Source of the DNA: an uncultured Polaribacter sp.
GTDB lineage: Bacteria; Bacteroidota; Bacteroidia; Flavobacteriales; Flavobacteriaceae
DNA length: 64,000 bases
NCBI RefSeq assembly: GCF_947503855.1
Contig: NZ_CANNFF010000011.1
Coordinates: 71,038-135,037, forward strand
Direction of reading: 5' to 3'
Below the pieces are notes generated by a model that was not told where the DNA came from, did no database searches, and worked only from the letters and a program-made list of their open reading frames with translations. Positions 18,285 to 27,885 of the stretch are shown in pieces. The position numbers and the translations under genes are program-made. The number at the start of each line of letters is the position of its first letter. Position 1 is the first letter of the stretch.

Positions 18285-19475
18285 ATGATTTCAGTAGAAG
18301 AGGCAAAAAATATCATTTTAAACGCAACTCAAAATTTTGGAGTTGAAGAAATTCCATTTATAAAATCTGTAGGTAGAATTTTAAAAGAAACTATTGTTGC
18401 AGACAGAGATTTTCCACCATTCAATAGAGTTTCTATGGATGGTATTGCGATTGATTTTAATGTTTTCCAAAACGGACAAAGAGCCTTTAAAATTCAAGCA
18501 ATTCAACCTGCAGGAAGTCCACAAATTACACTACAAAACAAAGAAAACTGTTTAGAAGTAATGACAGGTGCAGTATTGCCCAATAATACAAATGTGGTTA
18601 TTAGATATGAAGATGTAGTTATCAAAAATGGAGTTGCATCAATTCAAGTTAACGAGGTTAAAGAATTACAAAATATTCATCAAAAAGGAAAAGATAGAAA
18701 GTCTGGAGATGTTTTAATCAACAAAAATAAAGTTATTTCTGCAGCAGAAATTGGGGTGTTAGCAACCGTTGGCAAATCAAACATAAAAGTTGCAAAACTA
18801 CCCAAAGTTATAATTATTTCTACTGGAGATGAATTGGTAAAAGTTACAGCAAATCCTTTGCCACATCAAATTAGAAGATCTAATGTGTTTACTTTAGTTT
18901 CTTTATTAGAGCGATTGAATATTTCTTCAGAAACAGATCATATTACAGATGATAAACCCATTTTAAAACAAAAAATCGTAAACTATTTAAAACAATTTGA
19001 TGTGTTGCTTTTTAGTGGGGCAGTTAGCAAAGGAAAATTTGATTTTTTACCAGAAGTTTTTACAGAATTAGGGGTAGAAAAATTATTTCATAAAGTAACA
19101 CAAAGACCAGGAAAACCATTTTGGTTCGGGCAAACTGAGAATTGTAAAATTTTTGCATTTCCAGGGAATCCAAATTCAACGTTTGTAAATTGTTTAGCGT
19201 ATTTTTATCCATGGTATTACAAATCTGTTGGGGTAGAAGTGCAAGAAGAAACCGCCATTTTAAAGGAAGATGTTACTTTTAAACCGAATTTAACCTACTT
19301 TTTACAAGTACAATTAAGTGATAAATTCGGGCATTTATTAGCAACACCCATTCAGGGAAATGGTTCTGGAGATTTAGCAAGTTTGGTAAATGCAGATGCT
19401 TTTATTCAGTTGCCAAAAACAGAGAAGTCACTTTTTAGACAAGGTGATAATTTTCCAATTATAAGATATAGATAA
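18285..19475 (+). CDS. moeA: Molybdopterin molybdenumtransferase
   Basis: N-terminus ...DFPPFNRVSMDGIAI and ISTGDEL motifs typical of MoeA. Confidence 0.9.
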   Translation: MISVEEAKNIILNATQNFGVEEIPFIKSVGRILKETIVADRDFPPFNRVSMDGIAIDFNVFQNGQRAFKIQAIQPAGSPQITLQNKENCLEVMTGAVLPNNTNVVIRYEDVVIKNGVASIQVNEVKELQNIHQKGKDRKSGDVLINKNKVISAAEIGVLATVGKSNIKVAKLPKVIIISTGDELVKVTANPLPHQIRRSNVFTLVSLLERLNISSETDHITDDKPILKQKIVNYLKQFDVLLFSGAVSKGKFDFLPEVFTELGVEKLFHKVTQRPGKPFWFGQTENCKIFAFPGNPNSTFVNCLAYFYPWYYKSVGVEVQEETAILKEDVTFKPNLTYFLQVQLSDKFGHLLATPIQGNGSGDLASLVNADAFIQLPKTEKSLFRQGDNFPIIRYR

Positions 19476-19948
19476 TGAGCAATTTTACCCACATCAACAA
19501 AAAAGGAAACCCTAAAATGGTAAATGTTTCTGACAAGAAAATTACCAAAAGAACTGCTATGGCAAAAGCAACTATGTTTTTAGGAAAAGAGGTTATTTCT
19601 AATTTTACAAATAATGAATTAAACACCAAAAAGGGGCCCGTTTTTCAAACAGCAATTATAGCAGGAATACAAGGTGTTAAAAAAACTTCTGAGCTAATTC
19701 CTATGTGTCATCCTTTGTTAATTAATGGTGTAGATATTACCATAAATATTGCAGATGATGAATGTATAGAGGTGTTTTGTAAAGTGACTATTGAAGGGAA
19801 AACAGGAGTAGAAATGGAAGCTTTAACAGGCGTAAATATCACCTGTTTAACTATTTATGATATGTGTAAAAGTATCAGTCAACAAATGGTGTTTAAAGAA
19901 GTAAAATTGATAGAGAAAACAGGAGGAAAATCGGATATAAAGAATTAA
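19475..19948 (+). CDS. moaC: Cyclic pyranopterin monophosphate synthase
   Basis: LIPMCHPL and GVEMEALTGV motifs. ATG overlaps the moeA stop (TAATG). Confidence 0.92.
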   Translation: MSNFTHINKKGNPKMVNVSDKKITKRTAMAKATMFLGKEVISNFTNNELNTKKGPVFQTAIIAGIQGVKKTSELIPMCHPLLINGVDITINIADDECIEVFCKVTIEGKTGVEMEALTGVNITCLTIYDMCKSISQQMVFKEVKLIEKTGGKSDIKN

Positions 19949-20001
19949 AATGTCTCCTCGAGCCCAGTCGCTAGATTAAAAGAAAAAACTGCAACACAAA
20001 A

Positions 20002-21108
20002 ATGGAAAACCACAAAAAACATACAAATTTAAAAAGAAGAGATAATGATAACTTTGCACCTAACGAAATTGCAATTTTAGGAACAAATTGTACTACAATT
20101 TCTAATTTAGTAATTAAAGTTTCACAAAAATTATCCAATTTTAAATTAGCTTATTTTGATGCTTCTCATGTAAAAGATGTTGAAAAAAATATATTATCTG
20201 AATATACTTTTCACCACAAAGGAAATGTACAAATAACCACTTCTGGAAAGCTAAATAAATACCAACAACGTTTAGATTTTGCACAATTTGATTCTGTGTT
20301 TATCAATGGAAACCATTACCAAGCAGCAAAACAAATTCTAGTTTTAGATGAAGCAAAAGAAGCTTCTGTGTTAAAAAGATTAGAGCAATTAGATTGTATA
20401 CAGTTTATTGTAAAACTGAAAAAAGAAACTGAGTTTTTCGATTTTTTAGTTGAAAAATATCCAAACATAAAAAACAAGATTTGTTATACCATTGATCAAG
20501 TTGATCAAATAGCACATCATATTCATAATTTGATTCAAGAAAAAATTGCCCCCATAAAAGGTTTGGTTTTGGTAGGTGGAAAAAGCACCAGAATGGGACA
20601 AGATAAATCTGAACTTGATTATTTTGGAAAACCTCAAAAAGAAGTTGCTAAAGAATTATTGGAAAACAACAATTTAAAAACGTTTTATTCTGTTGAAAAA
20701 GCCACAAATAATGTAAATGAAATTTCAGATAAATTCTACAATTTAGGTCCATTTGGTGGCATTTGTTCTGCGTTTCAGAAAGATCCAAATTCGGCTTGGT
20801 TTGTTTTGGCAACAGATTTACCTTTTGTAAATAATAAAGTAATAGAGTTCTTATTAAACCATAGAAATCCAAGTAAAGTTGCCACGGCAATTAAAGGAAA
20901 AACTAAGCAATTTGTAGAGCCATTAATTACAATTTACGAACCAAAAGCGTATCCTATTTTATTGCAATATTTAGCACAAGGCTATTCATGTGCGCGTAAA
21001 ATGCTTATCAATTCTGATGTAGAAATCGTAGAAATTGATGATGGTTTGATTAGAAATGTAAATACACCTGAAGAGTTTGAAATGGCTATAAAAGAGATTG
21101 TAAAGTAA
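20002..21108 (+). CDS. mobA: Molybdenum cofactor guanylyltransferase (MobA) with N-terminal MobB-like domain lacking a Walker A motif
   Basis: C-terminal half GLVLVGGKSTRMGQDKSEL is the MobA NTP-transferase signature. N-terminal ~185 aa align by eye to MobB (IAILGTNCTTISNLV where MobB has GxxGSGKT). Confidence 0.8.
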   Translation: MENHKKHTNLKRRDNDNFAPNEIAILGTNCTTISNLVIKVSQKLSNFKLAYFDASHVKDVEKNILSEYTFHHKGNVQITTSGKLNKYQQRLDFAQFDSVFINGNHYQAAKQILVLDEAKEASVLKRLEQLDCIQFIVKLKKETEFFDFLVEKYPNIKNKICYTIDQVDQIAHHIHNLIQEKIAPIKGLVLVGGKSTRMGQDKSELDYFGKPQKEVAKELLENNNLKTFYSVEKATNNVNEISDKFYNLGPFGGICSAFQKDPNSAWFVLATDLPFVNNKVIEFLLNHRNPSKVATAIKGKTKQFVEPLITIYEPKAYPILLQYLAQGYSCARKMLINSDVEIVEIDDGLIRNVNTPEEFEMAIKEIVK

Positions 21109-22208
21109 TGAACAAAAACCAACTTTTCAAACGTCAAATTACTTTATCAGAGATAGGCGAAATTGGACAAGAAAAATTACAAAATGCATCAGTTTTAGTA
21201 GTTGGTTGTGGTGGTTTGGGCAGTCTTATTGCAGTGTATTTGGCTTCGAGCGGAATTGGAAAACTACATTTGGTAGATTTTGATACAGTAGATATTACCA
21301 ATTTGCATAGGCAGGTTTTTTATACTTTAGAAGATGTTGGCAAACCAAAAGCAGCAATTTTACGAACGTTTATAGAACAAAGAGCACCTTTTACTGAAGT
21401 TAGTTTTACCAATAAACCAGTTACAAAAGAAAATGTTTTCGAATTGATTGAAAATGTAGATATTGTAGTAGATGGAACAGATTCTTTGCCCACAAAATAT
21501 TTATTAAACGATGCTTGTGTTCTCAAAAACAAACCTTTGGTATATGGCTCTTTGTATAAGTTTGATGGTTATGTAGCAACTTTTAATGTGTTGCAAAAAG
21601 ATGAAAGTTATTCAGCAAATTTAAGAGATGCTTTTCCAGAAATGGCAACAGAAATTCCTAATTGTGAAGAAGCAGGAACACTAAACTCTATTGTAGGTTT
21701 GATTGCTATACAACAAGTAAATGAGGTTTTAAAACTGGTTACAAAAACAGGAAAACCTTTAACAAATGAGTTGTTAATTTATAATTCGCTACAAAATACA
21801 CAGTTAAAAATAAAGTTAAAACCAAGTGTTTTAGAAGCTAACATTGCCAAGATTTTTAACATGCAAACCTATGTTGATGCTTTATGCGTAGGTCAAAATC
21901 CTGATTTGCAAATATCATCACAAGAATTAAAAGAACAACTATCTATTCAATCAGCATCTAAAAACTTAGAAATTATTGCAGTTTTAAATAATTTAGATGT
22001 GCCTTTTAAGGTTGATAAAACCATACATATTAATGATTTTGATGCAGAAAAGATAGCGGTAGATTTTAATAAAACTTATGTAATGATTTGTCAAAGAGGG
22101 CTTAACAGTTACAAAGCTACAGAAAGGCTAAAAAAGAAATATCCAGATTTAAAAGTACTAAATTTAACGGGTGGAATTTCTACATACAAAACACAAGTAA
22201 GCTCATGA
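21108..22208 (+). CDS. moeB: Molybdopterin-synthase adenylyltransferase (ThiF/MoeB/HesA family) with C-terminal rhodanese-like domain
   Basis: VLVVGCGGLGS dinucleotide fold, PNCEEAGTL, C-terminal YVMICQRGLNSYKA rhodanese-type Cys loop. ATG overlaps the mobA stop. Confidence 0.88.
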   Translation: MNKNQLFKRQITLSEIGEIGQEKLQNASVLVVGCGGLGSLIAVYLASSGIGKLHLVDFDTVDITNLHRQVFYTLEDVGKPKAAILRTFIEQRAPFTEVSFTNKPVTKENVFELIENVDIVVDGTDSLPTKYLLNDACVLKNKPLVYGSLYKFDGYVATFNVLQKDESYSANLRDAFPEMATEIPNCEEAGTLNSIVGLIAIQQVNEVLKLVTKTGKPLTNELLIYNSLQNTQLKIKLKPSVLEANIAKIFNMQTYVDALCVGQNPDLQISSQELKEQLSIQSASKNLEIIAVLNNLDVPFKVDKTIHINDFDAEKIAVDFNKTYVMICQRGLNSYKATERLKKKYPDLKVLNLTGGISTYKTQVSS

Positions 22209-23974
22209 AAAACCCTTTAAAATTTTACTCAAAAAGACTAAAAAAACTAGAAGAAAAAGCAGCCGATTTAAAAAAGAAGTCTGTAAACTTAAGTATTTTT
22301 AGGTTTGCTGTGTTTTTAGGAACTTGCTTTTTAGTTTACCTAACTTTTGGGACTTATCCAGATGTTTTTATCATTGCTTTTTTAGGAGTTGTCTTGTTTG
22401 CTTTTTTGGTTGTTAAACATCTAGATTTAAAAAGGAAACAAAATATAGTCTCTAAAAAAATAGATATAAATACTACAGAAATTAAAGTTTTACATCGAGA
22501 GTTTTATCACTTAAAAACAGGTAAAGAATTTATAAATTCTAGACATTTTTACAGCAATGATATAGATTTGTTTGGTGTAGGTTCTTTTTTTCAATATCTA
22601 AATAGAACCGTAACAAAAGATGGTAAAAAAGAGTTGGCAACTCTTTTAACAGCAAATAAAACCGATGAAATTTTAGCCAAACAAGAAGTTGTAAAAGAGC
22701 TATCAAAAAAAACAAAATGGAGGCAACATTTTAATGCCATAACTAGTTTGGTAACTGTAAAAAATACTTCTAATTTTATTACAAATTGGATTGTAAATTA
22801 CAAACAAACATTACCCAATGTTTTAAACATTTTCACAAAAGTGTTTTCTGTTATTTCTGTATTGTTGATTGGTTTGGTTTCTGTTGGTTTTCTATCTTTC
22901 AATTATATGCTTGCCTGGTTTTTCTTTGGCTTGTTTATAACCGGAATATTTTTAAAAAAGACTAGTAAATTATATGCAGAAACAGATAAAGTTAGAGAAA
23001 CATTTAAACAATATTACGAATTGTTAAATGAGATCGAAAACGAAGAATTTACCTCAGAAATTCTTCTACAAAAGCAAAAAATTATTACATCAGAACATAA
23101 AAATGCCTCTACAATTTTTAAAAAATTTGCTAGAATTTTAGATGCTTTTGACCAGAGAAATAACATTATAATTGCTGTTTTTGGCAATGGCTTATTCTTA
23201 TCTGAAATTGCGAACGCACACAAAGTAGAAAAGTGGATTGCAACTTATAAACATACTGTAAAAAAATGGTTTGAAGTAGTTGCTTTTTTTGATACACAAA
23301 ACGCATTAGCTAATTTTCATTTTAATCATCCAAAATTTATTTTTCCAGAGATAACTACACAAAAACAAATTATAAAAGCTACCAATTTAGGGCATCCATT
23401 ATTGAATGCAAAAAAAAGAATAGACAATAATTTTACAATTGATAAAGCACAATTTTTTATTGTTACAGGAGCAAATATGGCTGGTAAAAGCACGTTTTTA
23501 AGAACAGTTTCCCTATCAATAGTAATGGCAAATTGTGGCTTGCCAGTTTGTGCTTCAAGTTTTAAATATCATCCTATAAAACTAATTACAAGTATGAGAA
23601 CTACAGATTCTTTAACAGAAGATGAGAGTTATTTTTACTCGGAGTTAAAACGATTAAAGTTTATTGTTGATGAAATTGCACAAGAAGATTACTTTATCAT
23701 TTTAGACGAAATTTTAAAAGGAACCAATAGCAAAGACAAGGCAATTGGCTCTAAAAAATTTGTAGAAAAACTAACAAAATCAAAATCTACAGGAATTATT
23801 GCAACACACGATGTAAGTTTATGCGAATTAGAAAATGAGTTTTCTAGCATAGAAAACTATTATTTTGATGCAGAAATTACAAACAATGAATTACATTTTG
23901 ATTACACTCTAAAAAGCGGTGTTTGTAAAAATATGAATGCTTCTTTTTTATTGAAGAAAATGGAGATTGTTTAG
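22205..23974 (+). CDS. Membrane-anchored MutS-family ATPase (domain V only; no mismatch-binding or Smr domain)
   Basis: Two pairs of hydrophobic segments in the N-terminal 250 aa. Walker A TGANMAGKSTFLRTV, Walker B FIILDEILKGTN, then ATHD. ATG overlaps the moeB TGA (ATGA at 22205-22208). Confidence 0.8.
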   Translation: MKNPLKFYSKRLKKLEEKAADLKKKSVNLSIFRFAVFLGTCFLVYLTFGTYPDVFIIAFLGVVLFAFLVVKHLDLKRKQNIVSKKIDINTTEIKVLHREFYHLKTGKEFINSRHFYSNDIDLFGVGSFFQYLNRTVTKDGKKELATLLTANKTDEILAKQEVVKELSKKTKWRQHFNAITSLVTVKNTSNFITNWIVNYKQTLPNVLNIFTKVFSVISVLLIGLVSVGFLSFNYMLAWFFFGLFITGIFLKKTSKLYAETDKVRETFKQYYELLNEIENEEFTSEILLQKQKIITSEHKNASTIFKKFARILDAFDQRNNIIIAVFGNGLFLSEIANAHKVEKWIATYKHTVKKWFEVVAFFDTQNALANFHFNHPKFIFPEITTQKQIIKATNLGHPLLNAKKRIDNNFTIDKAQFFIVTGANMAGKSTFLRTVSLSIVMANCGLPVCASSFKYHPIKLITSMRTTDSLTEDESYFYSELKRLKFIVDEIAQEDYFIILDEILKGTNSKDKAIGSKKFVEKLTKSKSTGIIATHDVSLCELENEFSSIENYYFDAEITNNELHFDYTLKSGVCKNMNASFLLKKMEIV

Positions 23975-23993
23975 AGAAAGCAATTAAGACTTT

Positions 23994-24545
23994 TTAGGGT
24001 ATCCATTTGGTCGTTTCTATTAACTTTAAAATATCTTTTTTAAGATATGCTATTGCAGGTAGAATAGAATCATAATTGGGTTTTGCATAAAAGTACAAAG
24101 AGCCTTTTAAGAAGTTTTTAGTGCTATCTGTAGCGTGAAATTGTATATGAGAAGCTGCATTACCCGTAATTTCGTAAATACTAGCAAATACTCTTTTTTG
24201 GGAATTTGTATAATCTTTAGGAATTATTTGCTCTGCTTTTATAGCGTGTTTAAATACCAGTTTCTCTGCCTCTGTTAAAAGCTCTTTTATGTTATTATTT
24301 ACAGGTCTATAAGTAATATCTATTGATGCTTTTAAGTTTGGGTACTTAATGGTAAGCCAATTGTTGGGTTCATTAATTACTTTGGTATTTTTTAAAACAT
24401 CAAAACTGTAAGGTCTTTTTAACTTTAGTTTTTGGTAGTTTTTTTTTGGATATTTTAGACTTAAATAGGCTGTTGGTTTTGGTAAAGTATCTTCTTTACA
24501 TCCTAAAAAAATCAATACAAAAAAAAAGAAAAAAAGGTTACGCAT
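23994..24545 (-). CDS. gldD: Gliding motility lipoprotein GldD
   Basis: Lipobox FLGC followed by KEDTLPKPTAYLSLKYP. About 180 aa. Overlaps the gldE stop by 8 nt. The mutY-ssb-gldE-gldD order is the synteny I recall from Flavobacterium johnsoniae. Confidence 0.8.
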   Translation of the reverse strand: MRNLFFFFFVLIFLGCKEDTLPKPTAYLSLKYPKKNYQKLKLKRPYSFDVLKNTKVINEPNNWLTIKYPNLKASIDITYRPVNNNIKELLTEAEKLVFKHAIKAEQIIPKDYTNSQKRVFASIYEITGNAASHIQFHATDSTKNFLKGSLYFYAKPNYDSILPAIAYLKKDILKLIETTKWIP

Positions 24546-25866
24546 TTCTGGTTGCTTTTACTTGTTTTATGCGTTTTTTATCTAACGCCTCTATGGTAAA
24601 CGTATAATTCTTAAAGTTTATTTTCTCTCCCTTTTTTGGAAATTTCCTAGAAATTTCTAAAATAAAACCTGCTAGGGTTTCGCTTTCTCCTTTTTCTTCT
24701 TCAAAAATTTCTTCATTTTCATCATCTAAAACTCGGCAAAAATCTTTTATGCTTGTTTTTCCTTCAAAAATAAAGTTGTTGGCGTCTATTTTAGAGTAGG
24801 TTAAATCATCGTCATCAAATTCATCGTTAATATCACCAACAATTTCTTCTATTACATCTTCTAAAGTAACCAAACCACTTGTACCACCATATTCATCAAC
24901 AACAATGGCTAGGTGATTTTTTATGGCTCTAAAATCGCTTAATAAATCGTCTAATTTTTTGTTTTCTGGAACAAAAAAAGGCTCTCTTAAAAGGTTTTGC
25001 CATTTAAAAGATTTTTTATTGAGGTGTTCTAATAAATCTTTAGCATATAAAATACCAATAATATTGTCGATATTTTCTTTATAAACAGGGTTTCTAGAAT
25101 ACCCGTTTTCTAATATTTTTTTTAAAACTACTTCATAAGGCTCTTCATCAGAAATGGCAAAAATATCTATTCTAGGTTTCATTATTTGCACGGTTTCTGT
25201 GTTACCAAAATTTACAATTCCTTGTAAAATTTTTTGTTCGTCTTTACTTGTAGCACCTTGTGATGTAAGTTCTAACGCTTGTGATAAGGTTTCTACAGAA
25301 AAGTTTGTGCCTTTGCTGCCTAGTTTTTTTTCTATCCATTTTGTTAGGCTAATTAAAGGCAAACTAAAAGGAGTTAATAATACACTTACAAAATTGATAA
25401 ATTTAGACATGGTTTTAGAAAAAGTAAGCGCATTTCTAGAAGCATACACTTTTGGTAAAACTTCGCCAAATAATAAAATTAAAAAAGTTACTAATATAAT
25501 TTCTATTAAAAAACGAACGGGTACTGTAAAATAATAGAGGTCTATATCTAAGTTAAAATCGCCAAAAAGGGTTTCTGCCATAGATGCGAATAACAATACA
25601 ATTAAAATATTTATAAAATTGTTTGTAATTAATATGGTTGCTAATAATTTTCTGGGGCTTTCTAAAAGAGTAACGACAATGTTTTCTTGTTTTCCGTTAT
25701 TAGAAAGTTCGTTTAAATCTGTTTGCGATAAAGAAAAAAAAGCAACTTCTGTTCCAGAAACCAACGCAGAACTTATGAATAACGCAATTAATAAAATTCC
25801 ATTTATGGTGGTTATAAAATCGAAAGAGGCTAATAGAAAATATAAAGATTCGGGATCTGGATCCAA
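24538..25866 (-). CDS. gldE: Gliding motility-associated GldE (DUF21/CNNM - CBS pair - CorC_HlyC family)
   Basis: N-terminal TM DUF21 region, CBS pair, C-terminal CorC/HlyC transporter-associated domain. Position immediately upstream of gldD. Confidence 0.82.
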   Translation of the reverse strand: MDPDPESLYFLLASFDFITTINGILLIALFISSALVSGTEVAFFSLSQTDLNELSNNGKQENIVVTLLESPRKLLATILITNNFINILIVLLFASMAETLFGDFNLDIDLYYFTVPVRFLIEIILVTFLILLFGEVLPKVYASRNALTFSKTMSKFINFVSVLLTPFSLPLISLTKWIEKKLGSKGTNFSVETLSQALELTSQGATSKDEQKILQGIVNFGNTETVQIMKPRIDIFAISDEEPYEVVLKKILENGYSRNPVYKENIDNIIGILYAKDLLEHLNKKSFKWQNLLREPFFVPENKKLDDLLSDFRAIKNHLAIVVDEYGGTSGLVTLEDVIEEIVGDINDEFDDDDLTYSKIDANNFIFEGKTSIKDFCRVLDDENEEIFEEEKGESETLAGFILEISRKFPKKGEKINFKNYTFTIEALDKKRIKQVKATRNA

Positions 25867-25885
25867 AATTTATGAGTTTAAATGG

Positions 25886-26323
25886 TTAAAAAGGTAAATC
25901 GTCATTTTCTTCAGATGTAATAGACGGTGTTTGCTCTGCTTTAGTTGGCTTGCTTTCTTGTGGTGCAGCAGTATTTGTATCTGCATTCTTTTTTGTTGTT
26001 AACATGGTCATTTCTGTTACAACAACCTCTGTTGAGTAGCGTTTAATACCATCTTGTTCCCACTGTCTGTTTTTTAATTTGCCTTCTACGTATACTTTAT
26101 CTCCTTTTGCCAAGTATTTTTCACATACTTTAGCCAACCCATTTCTAACAACAATATTGTGCCAATCTGTATTGGTTACTTTTTCGCCACTTTGTTTGTT
26201 GGTATAACTCTCTGAGGTTGCAATAGGAAAACGACCTACACAATTTTGATCATCAAAATAATGCATTTTTACATCATCGCCTAAATTACCTATTAAAATT
26301 ACTTTGTTTATTGTTCCTGCCAT
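25886..26323 (-). CDS. ssb: Single-stranded DNA-binding protein
   Basis: MAGTINKVILIGNLGDDV OB-fold N-terminus and acidic tip ...NDDLPF. Confidence 0.95.
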   Translation of the reverse strand: MAGTINKVILIGNLGDDVKMHYFDDQNCVGRFPIATSESYTNKQSGEKVTNTDWHNIVVRNGLAKVCEKYLAKGDKVYVEGKLKNRQWEQDGIKRYSTEVVVTEMTMLTTKKNADTNTAAPQESKPTKAEQTPSITSEENDDLPF

Positions 26324-26359
26324 AGCTTGTTAAATTAGATATCAAAAGTACTAAAAATA

Positions 26360-27406
26360 TCAATTACTTTTTAGTCGATATTCCTTTAGAAAATTCGCAA
26401 TTAAAATAGGTACAGGATAATCTTCTATATTTTCCCAAGAAATAGAAGCCTCTTTTAATGAGCTGGTTTCTACAATCCAAAATTGAGTGTATAAATGTTG
26501 ATGAGATAATTTATGAATAATTTCTTTTTTGTTAAATAATGAAAGGGTAGTTTCTGCTGGGAATAAATTTTGAAATTCCTCTGAAGCTACAATTTCTTTT
26601 TGATTGCTGATGTTTTTTGTTTCTATTAAAGGAAATTGATACAAACCTTGCCAAATACCTTTGCCTTTTCTTTCTTTTAAGATTGTTTTATGATCATCCG
26701 TTTTTATCACCAAAAAATTAAAATATCGTTTTGTGATTTTTATTTTTTTTTCTTTTACAGGTAATTCTTTAGTTAATTTTTTTTCTAAAGCAACACAACT
26801 ATTTGCAAAAGGGCAAGTATCACAAAGCGTATTTTGGGGTTTACAATGCATTGCGCCAAAATCCATTAAAGCTTGATTATAAGTCCCCGGTTGCTTCGTG
26901 TCTAAAAGCGATTGCGCTAATGCTTTAAACTCTTTAATCCCTGCAGATGAGTTTATAGGTGTTGCAATGCCAAAATAGCGAGAAAGTACTCTGTAAACGT
27001 TTCCATCTACTACAGCCGTGGGTTCGTTAAAACAAATAGAGGCAATTGCAGAGGCTGTATAATCGCCAACACCTTTTAGTTTAATAATTTCTTTATAGGT
27101 TGATGGAAATTCGCCATTTAGCTCATTTGCAATGTATTTGGCGCTAAAATGTAAATTTCTTGCTCTAGAATAATAACCTAGACCTTGCCACATTTTTAAA
27201 ACAGTACTTTCATCTGCTTTTGCAAGGTCAAAAACAGTCGGAAATTCTTCCGTAAATTTTAAATAATAGGCCAAACCTTGAGCAACTCTTGTTTGCTGAA
27301 GCATGATTTCGCTTAACCAAATAAAATAAGGATGCTTACTTTTACGCCAAGGTAATGCTCTTTTATTTTGTAAATACCAGTATATTAGTGTATTAGAAAA
27401 TTTCAT
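26360..27406 (-). CDS. mutY: A/G-specific adenine DNA glycosylase
   Basis: LPWRK..PYFIWLSEIMLQQTRV, HhH-GPD region GVGDYTASAI, 4Fe-4S Cys cluster C-x6-C-x2-C-x5-C (CKPQNTLCDTCPFANSC), NUDIX-like C-terminal domain. Confidence 0.93.
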   Translation of the reverse strand: MKFSNTLIYWYLQNKRALPWRKSKHPYFIWLSEIMLQQTRVAQGLAYYLKFTEEFPTVFDLAKADESTVLKMWQGLGYYSRARNLHFSAKYIANELNGEFPSTYKEIIKLKGVGDYTASAIASICFNEPTAVVDGNVYRVLSRYFGIATPINSSAGIKEFKALAQSLLDTKQPGTYNQALMDFGAMHCKPQNTLCDTCPFANSCVALEKKLTKELPVKEKKIKITKRYFNFLVIKTDDHKTILKERKGKGIWQGLYQFPLIETKNISNQKEIVASEEFQNLFPAETTLSLFNKKEIIHKLSHQHLYTQFWIVETSSLKEASISWENIEDYPVPILIANFLKEYRLKSN

Positions 27407-27469
27407 TTGTTATAAATAGATTTGCAATATTACATTTAAAAATTCAGATAATTTTAAGGTTTAATTTTT

Positions 27470-27497
27470 TTGGAATTGATTAATTATCATATATTTG
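27470..27497 (+). promoter_or_regulatory. Bacteroidetes-type promoter for hup (-7 TATATTTG)
   Basis: TATATTTG at 27490-27497. TTG at 27470-27472. The downstream GCATCCGCATTTTT is nearly identical to the rplU promoter region. Confidence 0.6.
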
Positions 27498-27547
27498 CAT
27501 CCGCATTTTTGAAATTAAATTAATAAAAATATAGTAAAAATAGAGAC

Positions 27548-27838
27548 ATGACGAAAGCAGATATCGTATCAAAAATTTCAGATAAATCAGGAATCGAAAA
27601 AACAGATGTTTTAGCAACTGTAGAGGCATTTATGACTGAAGTAAAGGATGCATTAGAAAATGGCGACAACGTTTATTTAAGAGGTTTTGGTAGTTTTATT
27701 ATCAAAACTAGAGCAGAAAAAACAGGTAGAAATATTTCTAAAAATACAACTATTAAGATTCCGGCTCATAATATTCCAGCATTTAAACCAGCAAAAACTT
27801 TTACAGAAGGTGTAAAAAGTAAAGTAGCTGTTAAATAA
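27548..27838 (+). CDS. hup: HU-family DNA-binding protein
   Basis: MTKADIVSKISDKSG...VYLRGFGSF..K.RAEKTGRNI...IPA...P.FKP, the typical HU/IHF fold sequence. Confidence 0.92.
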   Translation: MTKADIVSKISDKSGIEKTDVLATVEAFMTEVKDALENGDNVYLRGFGSFIIKTRAEKTGRNISKNTTIKIPAHNIPAFKPAKTFTEGVKSKVAVK

Positions 27839-27885
27839 CAAAATACTAATCTAAACCTTAACTGGTTTAAAAAACAACAGACATT

